DNA of 64,000 bases from Histomonas meleagridis 2922-C6/04-290x (Eukaryota; Protista; Parabasalia), in contig JAANOX010000130.1 of the NCBI GenBank assembly GCA_020184695.1, positions 62,001 to 126,000 of the forward strand, in the 5' to 3' direction. This document shows positions 23,301 through 33,274 of this stretch, in pieces. The position numbers were made by a program, and so were the translations under genes. The stretch's first letter is position 1, and each line of letters starts with the position of its first letter. Below the pieces are notes generated by a model that had not been told where the DNA came from, did not search any database, and worked only from the letters and a program-made list of their open reading frames with translations.

Positions 23301-24630
23301 TGCTAAAAATATTTGTTTATTTAAATTAAAATTTGTTTTAATAATTTGATATTTCAAAAAAATGTTTGAAAATTGTTTGAATTATTTTATACAGCGCTTA
23401 TGTTGGCATGTCATAAAGGTCATACAGAAGTAGTTAAATTACTTCTTAAACAAAAAGGAATTGAGGTCAATTCCACTGATATTTTTTTAAGTTTTATAAT
23501 GTTTATTTTGTTAATTTTATGTTTTAAAACAATATTTGGTTTTTATTAAAACAATTTAAAACAGCACTTATGTTGGCATGTCATAATGGTCATACAGAAA
23601 TCTTTAAATTACTTCTTGAACAAGATGGAATTGATATTAATGATAAAGATAATATTTATTTTAATAATTTTCTATTTCAAAATATTATTTGGAAATTATT
23701 TAGAATATTTAAAACTGCACTTATTATGGCATCCATGAATGGTAAAATCGAAATTGTTAAATTACTTCTTAAACAAAAAGGTATTGATATTAATGCCAAA
23801 GCTAAAATTTATTCTAATAATTTTTTGATTTAAAATAATATTTGGTAATTATATCAAATATTTTGGACAGCACTTATGTTTGCATCTTTAAAAGGTTATA
23901 CAGAAATCTTTAAATTACTTCTTGAACAAAAAGGTATTAATATCAATGATAAAGAATTTCATTTATTTTCTTTAAATTTTTTTAATGCGGTTTGATATTT
24001 GTAAGTTATATTTGGAAATTATTTAAATTATTTTTGACAGCACTTATGTTAGCATCGAAAAACGGTCATACAGAAATCGTCAATTTACTTCTTGAACAAG
24101 AAAATATTGATATTGATTGCAAAGATATTTATTTATTTTTCATAAAATTTATTCGAATTACTTGAACTTTCAACATAATATTTGGAAATTGGTTAATTTA
24201 TTTAAAACAGCTCTTCTATGTGCAGTTTCAAATGGGAATATAGATATATATAAATTGCTTTTTGCACGCAAGAGGGCCGATATTAATGATAAAAATATAT
24301 ATTAAATTTGTTTAAAATTCGCTTTGATAATTTTTTGTTTCATCATAATATTTGGGATCTATTTAAAATTATTCATACGGCTCTTATCCTTGCATCCAAA
24401 TTTAATCATATAGAAATAGTTAAATTCCTTCTTGAACAAAGAGGAATTGACATCAATTTAAAAGATATTAATTTGTTTTAATTAAAATTTTTAATAATGA
24501 TTTAGTACTTATTAATCATATTTGGAAATTGTTCAAACTATTTAATACAGCTCTTTTTTATGCATCAGAAAAAGGAAACATAGGAGTAATTAATTTACTT
24601 CTTGAAAAAGGCGCTAAAGAAAGTTTGTGA
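20399..24630 (+). CDS. DUF3447-type domain + 18 ankyrin repeats interrupted by 70 17-nt spacers; reconstructed product 1013 aa
   Basis: Exon-like block 20399-21607, then 18 stop-free ankyrin cores starting at 21688, 21858, 22028, 22198, 22351, 22541, 22714, 22884, 23051, 23221, 23391, 23561, 23714, 23867, 24037, 24207, 24377, 24547. Span 4232 nt minus 70x17 = 3042 nt = 1014 codons, ending LLEKGAKESL*. Confidence 0.8.
21608..24546 (+). repeat. Ankyrin tandem array, mostly 170-nt period (also 153 x3, 167, 173, 190)
   Basis: Period measured between successive ACN-GCN-CTT (T-A-L) starts. Confidence 0.95.
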
Positions 24631-24907
24631 TGTTAAATGTCGCATTAAAAGATTTAATAATAAACACAATTTTTTATTATAAAAATTTATCACATGTTAG
24701 TTTATTTACAATAAATCATCTAAAATGTCATCAAATGAGTCGTTTTCTTCATGTTTCGAAAAATTGAATTCGTAACATTTTTCATACATGAATTAAATTG
24801 AAGTGTTCTAACTTGTATTTTTTCTGCTTTACAACCATCCATTTTTTGTTCTGCCTTTAGCTTAATTGGTTTTGATTCAATGTTTTCGTTAACGAAGTTG
24901 GATATTT

Positions 24908-25015
24908 TCAAATTGGTTCATATATTCCTTTAAAGAATGGATGTAATAATGCTCGTTTAGCACCAATTCTTTTCAAAGGGTCCATTTTTAGCATTTGGTT
25001 CAGTAGATCTAGAGC
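24908..25015 (-). pseudogene. Isolated C-terminal fragment of a CMGC-type kinase (subdomain XI)
   Basis: Translates ALDLLNQMLKMDPLKRIGAKRALLHPFFKGIYEPI*; upstream frames are broken. Confidence 0.6.
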
Positions 25016-25335
25016 TATTCTGATGAAGAAGTTGAAAATTTCGATTTTCTTATTTTCTCTCACATGTCAAATGAAGTAACTAATCGTTTCGATGTCAAAA
25101 TGAAGCAAATAATCATTAATTTATTCCCATGGTTAAAACAGATGCATAAGTCAAAAAATAATTCGTACGTTTACAATAATTGTTAGATTTACTTTGTTAT
25201 AAGATGTTTTTTGCGTATAATACTTTACGATATGGTTTAATATTCAAATAAAATCTCCTGGTATTTAAACTTCGTTACAATTGAAAAATCCCGAATTCAA
25301 TGTGAATTCCATTCAAACAAAAATCGAGATTTTGG

Positions 25336-26433
25336 TTGTTTGGTCGACGGCTGTGTAAACAATTAAAAAAACAGATCGTAAGTGAAGTCATTTTTCATAT
25401 GCTTCAAGAAGCTTCCTCGTGCCCAGTTTCCACAATTCCCAATGGAGGATATTTCAGCGAGGTACAAATGAGCTCATTGTGTGAGGCATTAACTTATTTG
25501 CAATATTTCTGCAAAAGTTTATTCCCAGATAATTATGAAGAGATGGCAAAAAACATTATCCAAGAATTATTCAAGAACAGGTACTTACAGTCGCTAAGTC
25601 CAATCAAAGGGAAATCACACAATTCGAGTTCATTATCTCGTTTTCAATCAGAATTTACAATTCTTCAAAAAATTGGGGGAGGTATGGAAGGAACTGTTTA
25701 CTCGGTCGTTAATAATTTCGACAGAAACAACTATGCAATCAAGCGCATAAATGGTTCATCTTTATCATTTGATAAGATCAACCGTGAAGCAGTCATAATG
25801 TCTAAGCTTTCACATCCAAACGTCATCAGATACTTTACCTCTTGGATTGAGTTCAAGTGCAATCAAAAGAATCCACAAAAAGTCAAATTTTCTCTTTTCA
25901 TCCAAATGGAGTTATGTACAAACTTAACAATTATTGATGCTTGTCGTAAAGATGTATTCAGTGATAAGCTTCAAAAAGCAATTATGATTTCCAAAGGAAT
26001 TAAGTATCTTCATGACAACAAAATAATACACCGCGACTTAAAACCTTCCAATATTCTTATTGGGAAAGATGGCCTTCCAAAAATTCTTGACTTTGGTATT
26101 TCATCATTTAATTCATCCATAAATGATGATGCAATTGATTCTGCAACACCACTTTATGCTTCTCCTGAACATTATGAACAGGATAAGCTCAGTCCTAAAG
26201 TTGACATTTATAGCCTTGGAATAATTTTCCTTCAAATCTTTGGATTATTTAACACGTATATGATGGAAATGAAGGCCATAAAGAAACTGAAGGAATGTGG
26301 CGAAGTAGAAGCAAAATTTGAGGCACATTCGGATGAACTTTCATCTCTTATCGTCAAAATGACAGATAAGGATCCAAGCAAAAGACCAGATGCTGCTGGT
26401 GTCATCAGCGCACTTGAGTCTTTAGCGATTTAA
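25336..26433 (+). CDS. eIF2-alpha kinase-like (PEK family) Ser/Thr kinase
   Basis: RFQSEF, YAIKRI, HPNVIRYFTSWIE, LFIQMELC, HRDLKPSN, DFG. ATG 25399 preceded by TCATTT. Confidence 0.85.
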   Translation: MFGRRLCKQLKKQIVSEVIFHMLQEASSCPVSTIPNGGYFSEVQMSSLCEALTYLQYFCKSLFPDNYEEMAKNIIQELFKNRYLQSLSPIKGKSHNSSSLSRFQSEFTILQKIGGGMEGTVYSVVNNFDRNNYAIKRINGSSLSFDKINREAVIMSKLSHPNVIRYFTSWIEFKCNQKNPQKVKFSLFIQMELCTNLTIIDACRKDVFSDKLQKAIMISKGIKYLHDNKIIHRDLKPSNILIGKDGLPKILDFGISSFNSSINDDAIDSATPLYASPEHYEQDKLSPKVDIYSLGIIFLQIFGLFNTYMMEMKAIKKLKECGEVEAKFEAHSDELSSLIVKMTDKDPSKRPDAAGVISALESLAI

Positions 26434-26493
26434 TTTGTTTGTAAAAATTCTTAGTTTTCATAATTTTTTTTTGTATTTTGTCACTTTTTAGCT

Positions 26494-27123
26494 TTGGAAT
26501 CTAATGGCGAAATGTTCGCTGGCAAAATTGGCTACACGACGTTTCCTAAGCGCGTGTACGACAAAATCGTAAGCTGCAAGTGTTATGTTAGAGTGAATCC
26601 GGATTCACCAAAAATCGACATTATTGATATTGGAACTAATTCACTTATCATTTCAATAGTAATGGAAGAAAACATTGAGCAACGTTGCGAGTTAATACAA
26701 ACAAAAAATTCTGTAATAGACAAACAAGCAGAAATTAATTGTAATTTACACGTAGATTCTCAAACATTAACCCCAATCAAAATCCGTCAAAAAACAAATA
26801 CTGTCAAAGAAAAAGTGCCATTAAAAGATTTGCCTTCTTCCACTAAGCAAGTAATAATTCCTCATCCCTTTTTTACCTTATCAAATGTTTCAGATACGCA
26901 AATTATGAAAACGAAAATCAAGCGCACATTGGAATATATAGATAATCTTAAAAATGATGAAGAAAAGAAAGGATGTATTCGCGAATTAACAAATTTTGTA
27001 ATCCGTGAATATAAAAATACATCAGATCAGAAACTTAAAGTACAAGTAGAACAGCTTCAAGCTTCAAGAAGGCAAACAAATGAAACAAAGCAAAACATGT
27101 ATAATTTATTAAAAAATCTATAA
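26494..27123 (+). CDS. Hypothetical protein
   Basis: 209-aa ORF (first ATG 26512) with a helical C-terminus; no motif recognised. Confidence 0.65.
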   Translation: MESNGEMFAGKIGYTTFPKRVYDKIVSCKCYVRVNPDSPKIDIIDIGTNSLIISIVMEENIEQRCELIQTKNSVIDKQAEINCNLHVDSQTLTPIKIRQKTNTVKEKVPLKDLPSSTKQVIIPHPFFTLSNVSDTQIMKTKIKRTLEYIDNLKNDEEKKGCIRELTNFVIREYKNTSDQKLKVQVEQLQASRRQTNETKQNMYNLLKNL

Positions 27124-28775
27124 ATAATTTTCTTTACTATTTATAAATGAGATTCTTGATTCTATAAGGGATTATTTTATTTCTGATTTCAAAATTATCC
27201 AATTATTAAAGCAGTGTTAATAATATAAAACAAATGGTTTTCCCTTATAGATTCAATTGAAAATCGGAAATGGTATTTCTATCATAAGGATAATAAATAA
27301 AATGTCAATAGTAGGATTTACCATAAGTTAAAAGACGCACGAAATTTGGTTCCGATTAGCAACACTTAAAAATAACATTGGACTTGATCGTGATGATCCA
27401 AATTGTAAAAAAAGTTTTTTTTTAGATGTCAATAACATTTTTGGGAATAACTCTAAGAAATTTCTAAAAAGCATATATATACATATTTCCAATGTACATA
27501 GTATGTAAAGACAGTTATATTATAACTAGATTCATTTGGCAAATTTATGATTAATTTATGGGAAAATTATCAAGAATATGTCTGAAGAACAATCACCATT
27601 TCTACTCCATCTGTTTTATGTGTTAAATTTTCAAGTGAACATGAAATTATTGCTATCATAAGTGGTAAAGGCAAAACTATTCATCTTTAAATAATAATTT
27701 CATGAATTGGACATATTGCATTTAGTTCTCGTGGTGTTATGAAAATAATCTTTAACTAAAAAAATTATACTTACAATTAATCACTATAATTTTAATGTAC
27801 CTTCTGTTCTATTTCAAGTTACTCGTAACACAATATGGAAATCAACATTTCTTTTTGATTTAGCGAAAAATTATATAAATCATTCCAAATTAAAAAATGC
27901 AACATTTAATAATAAGGAATTTCACATACTTATTATGTGTACTTGAAAAGATAATTTGATTTAATCCACTAATAGTTCTCAAAATTTAAACTATAGATTA
28001 ATATATATTAATATAAAGCAGTATGATGAAAAGTAATTTCAAGTAACTTTGATACATTAGATGACAAGAAAGAAAAGAAAATTTTAAAAATGAAAGAAAA
28101 AAACTTTAACATTAATTATTTTTTATTTATATAATTTTTCGAAACCATTTGAAGATAAAATAAATTTTTTTATGAATATAAAGTAAGTAAAACAATTTAT
28201 TGCATTCAAAAATATGTGAACATCAACAAAGTAAATTGTATCATGAGAGCTATCATGCATTGGTAGATAGTCGATTTAAATCAGATTTTCAGAGTAGGTT
28301 TAGATTCAATGCTTTACTTAAATAAACATCCCAAATCTTTCGTTTGGCAGTTACATTACAGTTGTTCCCACTTCTGTGTAATTACCGACTTTGAAATCAC
28401 TTCTAGTTATTGTAAACATTTTCAAATTAATGACCTTCATTAAGATATTTTTATAATTAATCATCATCATTTTGAAAAAAAGTTATTAATTAATACATGA
28501 ATTGATAAAATGTTCAAAGATATTGTGAATATAGTTTGCCTTAACCTTAAATCGAGAGTGTCTTAACAATTTGAACACTGAAATAGTTTAAAATCTAATA
28601 GAAATTTCCATGAGATCTTTTGGAAATTTTGGTACAGTTACTGCATCACTATAAACGTATAAAAGTGAACATGGATTTCAAGAAGTGTGATAGTCGTATT
28701 TTATAAGAGATTTTTTCAAACAACGAAAAAACATCTTTCACATGAACATTCCACTGAAATCCACTTTTTCAAAAC

Positions 28776-29777
28776 ATGGGTATGTTACGTAATCTTCACA
28801 ATTTTTTTGGGGAGGAGCGAGAAATGAACCTTTCTCTCGATCAATTTGAAATCATCAGAACCATTGGTGTTGGTTCATTCTCTCATGTCGAACTTGCTTT
28901 TCATATTCCATCTCAGATTTATTGCGTTCTTAAAATCATGAGTAAAGAAAGAATTATAGAACTCAACCAAAAAGAGCATGTTACAAATGAAGTTTACACA
29001 TTACGTGATGTTCAACATCCTTTTGTTGTTACTCTCCATGGGACCTTTCAAGACGACCGGAATGTTTATTTAATGCAAGAATTTATAGCAGGTGGAGAAG
29101 TTTTCTCTCATTTACGTACTCTCCAATGTTTTGATCTTGATGTTACTCGTTTTTATGCTGCAGAGATTCTTCTTGTCTTTCAAATGCTTCATTCCAAAGG
29201 ATATGTTTATCGAGACCTAAAACCAGAAAATCTTGTTTTCAATGCCGAAGGACACATCAAATTTATAGACTTTGGGTTTGCAAAACGGATTGTTGATAGA
29301 ACATATACTCTTTGTGGGACCCCAGAATACCTAGCGCCTGAGATTATTCGAGGTGAAGGATCATCATTTTGTAGTGATTGGTGGGCTTATGGAATATTAA
29401 TATATGAATTTTTAGTTGGCCAGACACCATTTGTTGATGAGAACGAAAACAAGATGTATCAAAAGATCTGTCGAGGGCAAGTGTATTTTCCAGATTATAT
29501 CGACCCAATTACAGCAGATTTCTTGGAAGGCCTCTTAACGGTCGACGCCACACATCGTTTAGGTTGCACAGCAATTGGAGCAGAAGAGATAAAGCAGCAT
29601 CAATGGTTCCAAGGAATTGACTGGAGCAAGGTCTATCATATGAGATATCAACCGCCATTGGTACCGATTGTTGAAGATGATGGCGATTCAAGTAACTTTG
29701 CAGATTATTCTGACCCTGCTACAATACAGGACGTGGTTGCTACAAGATCTGTTGACGTTTATTTCGAGGGATTCTAA
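28776..29777 (+). CDS. AGC kinase, PKA catalytic-subunit-like
   Basis: IGVGSFS, YRDLKPEN, DFGFAK, TYTLCGTPEYLAPE and an AGC C-terminal tail (DSSNFADY). Confidence 0.95.
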   Translation: MGMLRNLHNFFGEEREMNLSLDQFEIIRTIGVGSFSHVELAFHIPSQIYCVLKIMSKERIIELNQKEHVTNEVYTLRDVQHPFVVTLHGTFQDDRNVYLMQEFIAGGEVFSHLRTLQCFDLDVTRFYAAEILLVFQMLHSKGYVYRDLKPENLVFNAEGHIKFIDFGFAKRIVDRTYTLCGTPEYLAPEIIRGEGSSFCSDWWAYGILIYEFLVGQTPFVDENENKMYQKICRGQVYFPDYIDPITADFLEGLLTVDATHRLGCTAIGAEEIKQHQWFQGIDWSKVYHMRYQPPLVPIVEDDGDSSNFADYSDPATIQDVVATRSVDVYFEGF

Positions 29778-30443
29778 GTAAAATAAATTTGAAAAAATAT
29801 TTTTCATCAAAGATTTTGTATAAAATATTTTCATAACATCTTTTTTTTTTAATTATTTTTAATTCACTATGTTATAACATTACATTTTATTTATTGACAA
29901 GCGTTACAGCAATAGAACTTTGTTAAACTCAAATATTTTTAATTTTTTTTTGATGATGGTGTTATTATTATTCGTATTTTTCATTATGGGTAGATCTCTG
30001 ACCATTGACATACAGTAGGTTATTTTTTTTTTTCCAATTTAAAAAATTCTATTGAAGGCAAAATGACAAAAAAATTAATTTGAAATGATGAATTTTTATG
30101 TAAGAATTCAGTTGCAACTGAAAAGTTCCCTACCTGAAAAGTTCAAATTTGTATCTAAAATGATCGAAAACCGATGCACCCCAAAGCTGGAGTTCTAATG
30201 TAAACTTCGCAAAAAAAGCGTATCGTTCAAGGAACATCCTCCAAATTTGCTATTTTTGTTTTTGTTGTGTTTAGCATTGACGCAACAAGGCTCCTTGCCG
30301 TGAGCTTTCTATTGCTCGAAATTATTTATTTTCTTTTGAAGACTCATCTTGTTGGAACAAGTCATTTTTTTGTGGGTATGACAAAACGGTTTACGATTAA
30401 TATCATCTGAAAAAATCGAATAGCAGTTTCTTCAATCTACCAG

Positions 30444-33182
30444 ATGAACTTTACAAAAGAAAATGTTTTACAAGCTATAGAAGCAGCATCAGGACAAAAC
30501 CCAAATGATATACAAAATGCTTTAAACTATCTACAAGAATGGAGGGAATCACCTCAAGGAATTCAAGTAGCTGTTGATATTTTAATATCTTCTAATAATT
30601 TAAACGCAAGACTTTACTCTGCTTCCTTAGTTAATCACCAAATTCAATATGTATGGCATAATGTACAGACAGAATCAAAAGCACAAATTCGCCAAGGTTT
30701 TTATTCTCTTATTCTTTCTAATGCTCAATTTCCACCAATATCTTCACTTCTAACAGAAGCTCTATCACAGATAGCCATATTAGATTTTCCAGATGAATTT
30801 CCCGAATTTGAATCTGTAATCTTTCCAGGTAACTATGAAGAACTTGAACAAGTTCAATGTGTTACTTCCACCTCATTACTTGGTTCTTTTGGTAACATGG
30901 TTGAAGAATCCACACAGATAACAACAGCACGCAAACAATCTCTTCGAAATTATCTATTAGACAAAAACCAAGAGCTTTCAATGGCGGCCAATTTTTGTTT
31001 TGTCAGTCAAGATGTTTCCCTCAATTTAAATGGTCTTAAGATCTTCAACATATTATTACAATTATTACCCTTAAATCAAGTCATCACACTTAAACCATTT
31101 TTACAAAAGGTATGTTTTGAGTTTGTATATAAAGACGAACTTATTGATGACAGTGCCAAATGTTTACGCACATTATTTTCTAAGCGTATTGATAGTCGAG
31201 AAATGTATCCACTTGTACCATTAATTTTATTTTCATTTACATCGCCTAATGCATTATTACCGAGCGGATTACCTATTTCATCCAAGCAACAAATCATTAA
31301 TATAATTATGTTATTATTATCACAATTCTTCTTAATGATTTTACCGATATTTTATACACAACAAATGGAGCCAAGTCCAACAACACAAACGATACTTAAC
31401 ACATTAAATGAAGAACAAATTTCGATCAATGATTTTTATGTCAATATTATGCATATTTTCGAGGTAATCATCTCATTAAGGAAAGTCGAAGAACTTTCTA
31501 CTGAATATTGGGGAATGTGGACAATATTACTCCGGACAATGATTAGTGAGAAGAAGATCTCACGCGGCTTATTACATAATTTCATTGCGCCAATTATTGG
31601 TCATATCAGGGAAAGTTTATTTGAAGTTATCCCAAATGATTTAATCGATGACTTTACATGTAGTGCACGTTCTAAGAATGTATGGAATTGTTTAGCATTA
31701 TATGACTTCGAATCGATGAAACAATTTTTATTAGAAAAGACGCCATCGATATCATTATGTTATGCACTTGGTAACTTAGATGATTCATTACCAATTGGCT
31801 TTGACTTTTCTATCTTCAATCAATTAATATTTGAAACATTCCAACAATTTTCGAATGAAACAAACCCTAAGTGTCATGTAAGTTTATTATATTGTTTATC
31901 ACATGTTAAAACTATTTCAAATCCACAAATATTTAATATGTTTTTCGAATATGCACTTAAATGTATATCAGAGACAAGTGGAACAATATTACCAGCTGCT
32001 GTTAACGCATTATATTATGCATTTCGGAAAGACATAGAGAATAAACTTGGTACAACATATCAAAACTTACTCGAAAATGATTGCGCTAAAATGTTATGTC
32101 AGTATAGTGAGTTATACTTAAAACAACTTGACTTTAATGACGGAGTTAAAATGTATGTAATATCTATCACTTTAACTTCTTATGAAACTGATAAAGATAA
32201 AGTCATCGAATTATTGAAGTTACTCATCGACCCGTTAATGGAAGCAATTTCGGTTACTTATCAGCCTGAAAAAACATTCGAAATCATAACGCAATGTTCA
32301 ATGGCTGCTGGAAGTCTTTCGAAGAAATTCTTCGAACATTTATGGGATCCGTTATTAAGCGCATTAAGTATCATGTTGAGCTCCAACCCAAACGTTCATT
32401 ATCTTGAAGGCGCTCTAAAAGCTATAGCAGCTGGAATGACTCATGAGCCATTAGACCTCGCGAAGTTCGAAATGATTTGCGGTTGGATGTCAAACCACTT
32501 CACTATTCAAGACTGCTTCTTCGACTTTTTCGCTGCTTTACGTAGAGAATTCGTTGACATTAACCGATACTTGGCCCAAATTGTGAATACGTTTGTTTTG
32601 CCGCTGGCAAACTTTGAAAGGATTTGCTTCCCCTCAATTTTCAATATGTTCTCTCAATTCGGCTTCGGTTTCTTCGATTTTGAATGCTTCTTGCCGCTGG
32701 CCGATAGAGGGCTGAGTTCACTTTTCAACGATGACGTGAAAGCCGTTTGTGAATGTTTAATAACACTTATTTCTAAGATGGATAATATGCAAGCAAAAGA
32801 AACAATTTATAGGACATGGGGCACATTCATCTCAAGGATATTCGTTTCTTTAACTGATACTTTACATCAGAACGTTATTAATTCGTTAATTAATTTGTTA
32901 CGATGTTTCTTCCTTAAGGCTAACAATTTACAGATTTTAAATGATGAATTATTAAATGGAGTTCTTGCTGCGTTACAAAACGTTGTGGGACAAGAACAAG
33001 AACAAGGAATGTTTATGAAATTTATATTGTATATGAAAGATGTAGTGATTTCTTCTTCAAAATTCGCTAAAGCTGTTTGCACATTTTTGATAATTATAAG
33101 AAAGCTGTCGCCAAGTGATTATGACGCATTTGAAATCAAAATAGAAAACAAACCGTTTTCTTTCTCAGGCCCATTCAAATAA
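30444..33182 (+). CDS. Importin-beta-family karyopherin, exportin-1-like
   Basis: N-terminal IBN_N-like segment (QNALNYLQEWRE...ARLYSASLVNHQIQYVW), LSQIAILDFPDEFP, HEAT-like composition over 912 aa. Confidence 0.75.
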   Translation: MNFTKENVLQAIEAASGQNPNDIQNALNYLQEWRESPQGIQVAVDILISSNNLNARLYSASLVNHQIQYVWHNVQTESKAQIRQGFYSLILSNAQFPPISSLLTEALSQIAILDFPDEFPEFESVIFPGNYEELEQVQCVTSTSLLGSFGNMVEESTQITTARKQSLRNYLLDKNQELSMAANFCFVSQDVSLNLNGLKIFNILLQLLPLNQVITLKPFLQKVCFEFVYKDELIDDSAKCLRTLFSKRIDSREMYPLVPLILFSFTSPNALLPSGLPISSKQQIINIIMLLLSQFFLMILPIFYTQQMEPSPTTQTILNTLNEEQISINDFYVNIMHIFEVIISLRKVEELSTEYWGMWTILLRTMISEKKISRGLLHNFIAPIIGHIRESLFEVIPNDLIDDFTCSARSKNVWNCLALYDFESMKQFLLEKTPSISLCYALGNLDDSLPIGFDFSIFNQLIFETFQQFSNETNPKCHVSLLYCLSHVKTISNPQIFNMFFEYALKCISETSGTILPAAVNALYYAFRKDIENKLGTTYQNLLENDCAKMLCQYSELYLKQLDFNDGVKMYVISITLTSYETDKDKVIELLKLLIDPLMEAISVTYQPEKTFEIITQCSMAAGSLSKKFFEHLWDPLLSALSIMLSSNPNVHYLEGALKAIAAGMTHEPLDLAKFEMICGWMSNHFTIQDCFFDFFAALRREFVDINRYLAQIVNTFVLPLANFERICFPSIFNMFSQFGFGFFDFECFLPLADRGLSSLFNDDVKAVCECLITLISKMDNMQAKETIYRTWGTFISRIFVSLTDTLHQNVINSLINLLRCFFLKANNLQILNDELLNGVLAALQNVVGQEQEQGMFMKFILYMKDVVISSSKFAKAVCTFLIIIRKLSPSDYDAFEIKIENKPFSFSGPFK

Positions 33183-33274
33183 TACGTTAACTTCAACGGG
33201 TTTAATAAACGTCTGTCTGTAAATTATTCAATTATGCGTATCGGATCAGTTGGCAAAAACGATCGGAAATAATC

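Noticed and set aside
21789-24305. Short track ORFs (21789, 23006, 23570, 24117; also 2907-3248) as separate genes
   Set aside because: They are chance read-throughs of single ankyrin cores plus spacers.
21608-24546. Spacers as canonical spliceosomal introns using the ACAG in aca-gca as a 3' splice site
   Set aside because: Several units have act-gca, aca-aaa or acg-gct (no AG); there is no conserved GT donor or CTAAC branch motif; and the frame would not give ankyrin consensus.
21608-24546. Alternative parse: one 51-nt insert + IFGN/FG mini-exon + 17-nt insert, or in-frame FQNNIWKLFKLF linkers
   Set aside because: The 17+3 parse explains every length variant and gives far better DxxGxT consensus; the linker frame hits TAA in ggt variants.
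21608-24546. Classical translational bypassing with matched take-off and landing codons
   Set aside because: The codon before each spacer does not match the spacer's last triplet (usually ttt), so that specific model is unsupported. Other skipping modes remain open.
21608-24546. Sequencing error or a non-standard genetic code
   Set aside because: Errors would not give fixed 17-nt blocks at identical positions in four loci; spacers shift frame (17 mod 3 = 2), which stop reassignment cannot fix; other genes end in standard stops.
27600-27690. WD40/Atg18-like fragment (VLCVKFSSEHEIIAIISGKGKTIHL*)
   Set aside because: Under 30 codons, flanked by stops; too weak to call without a search.
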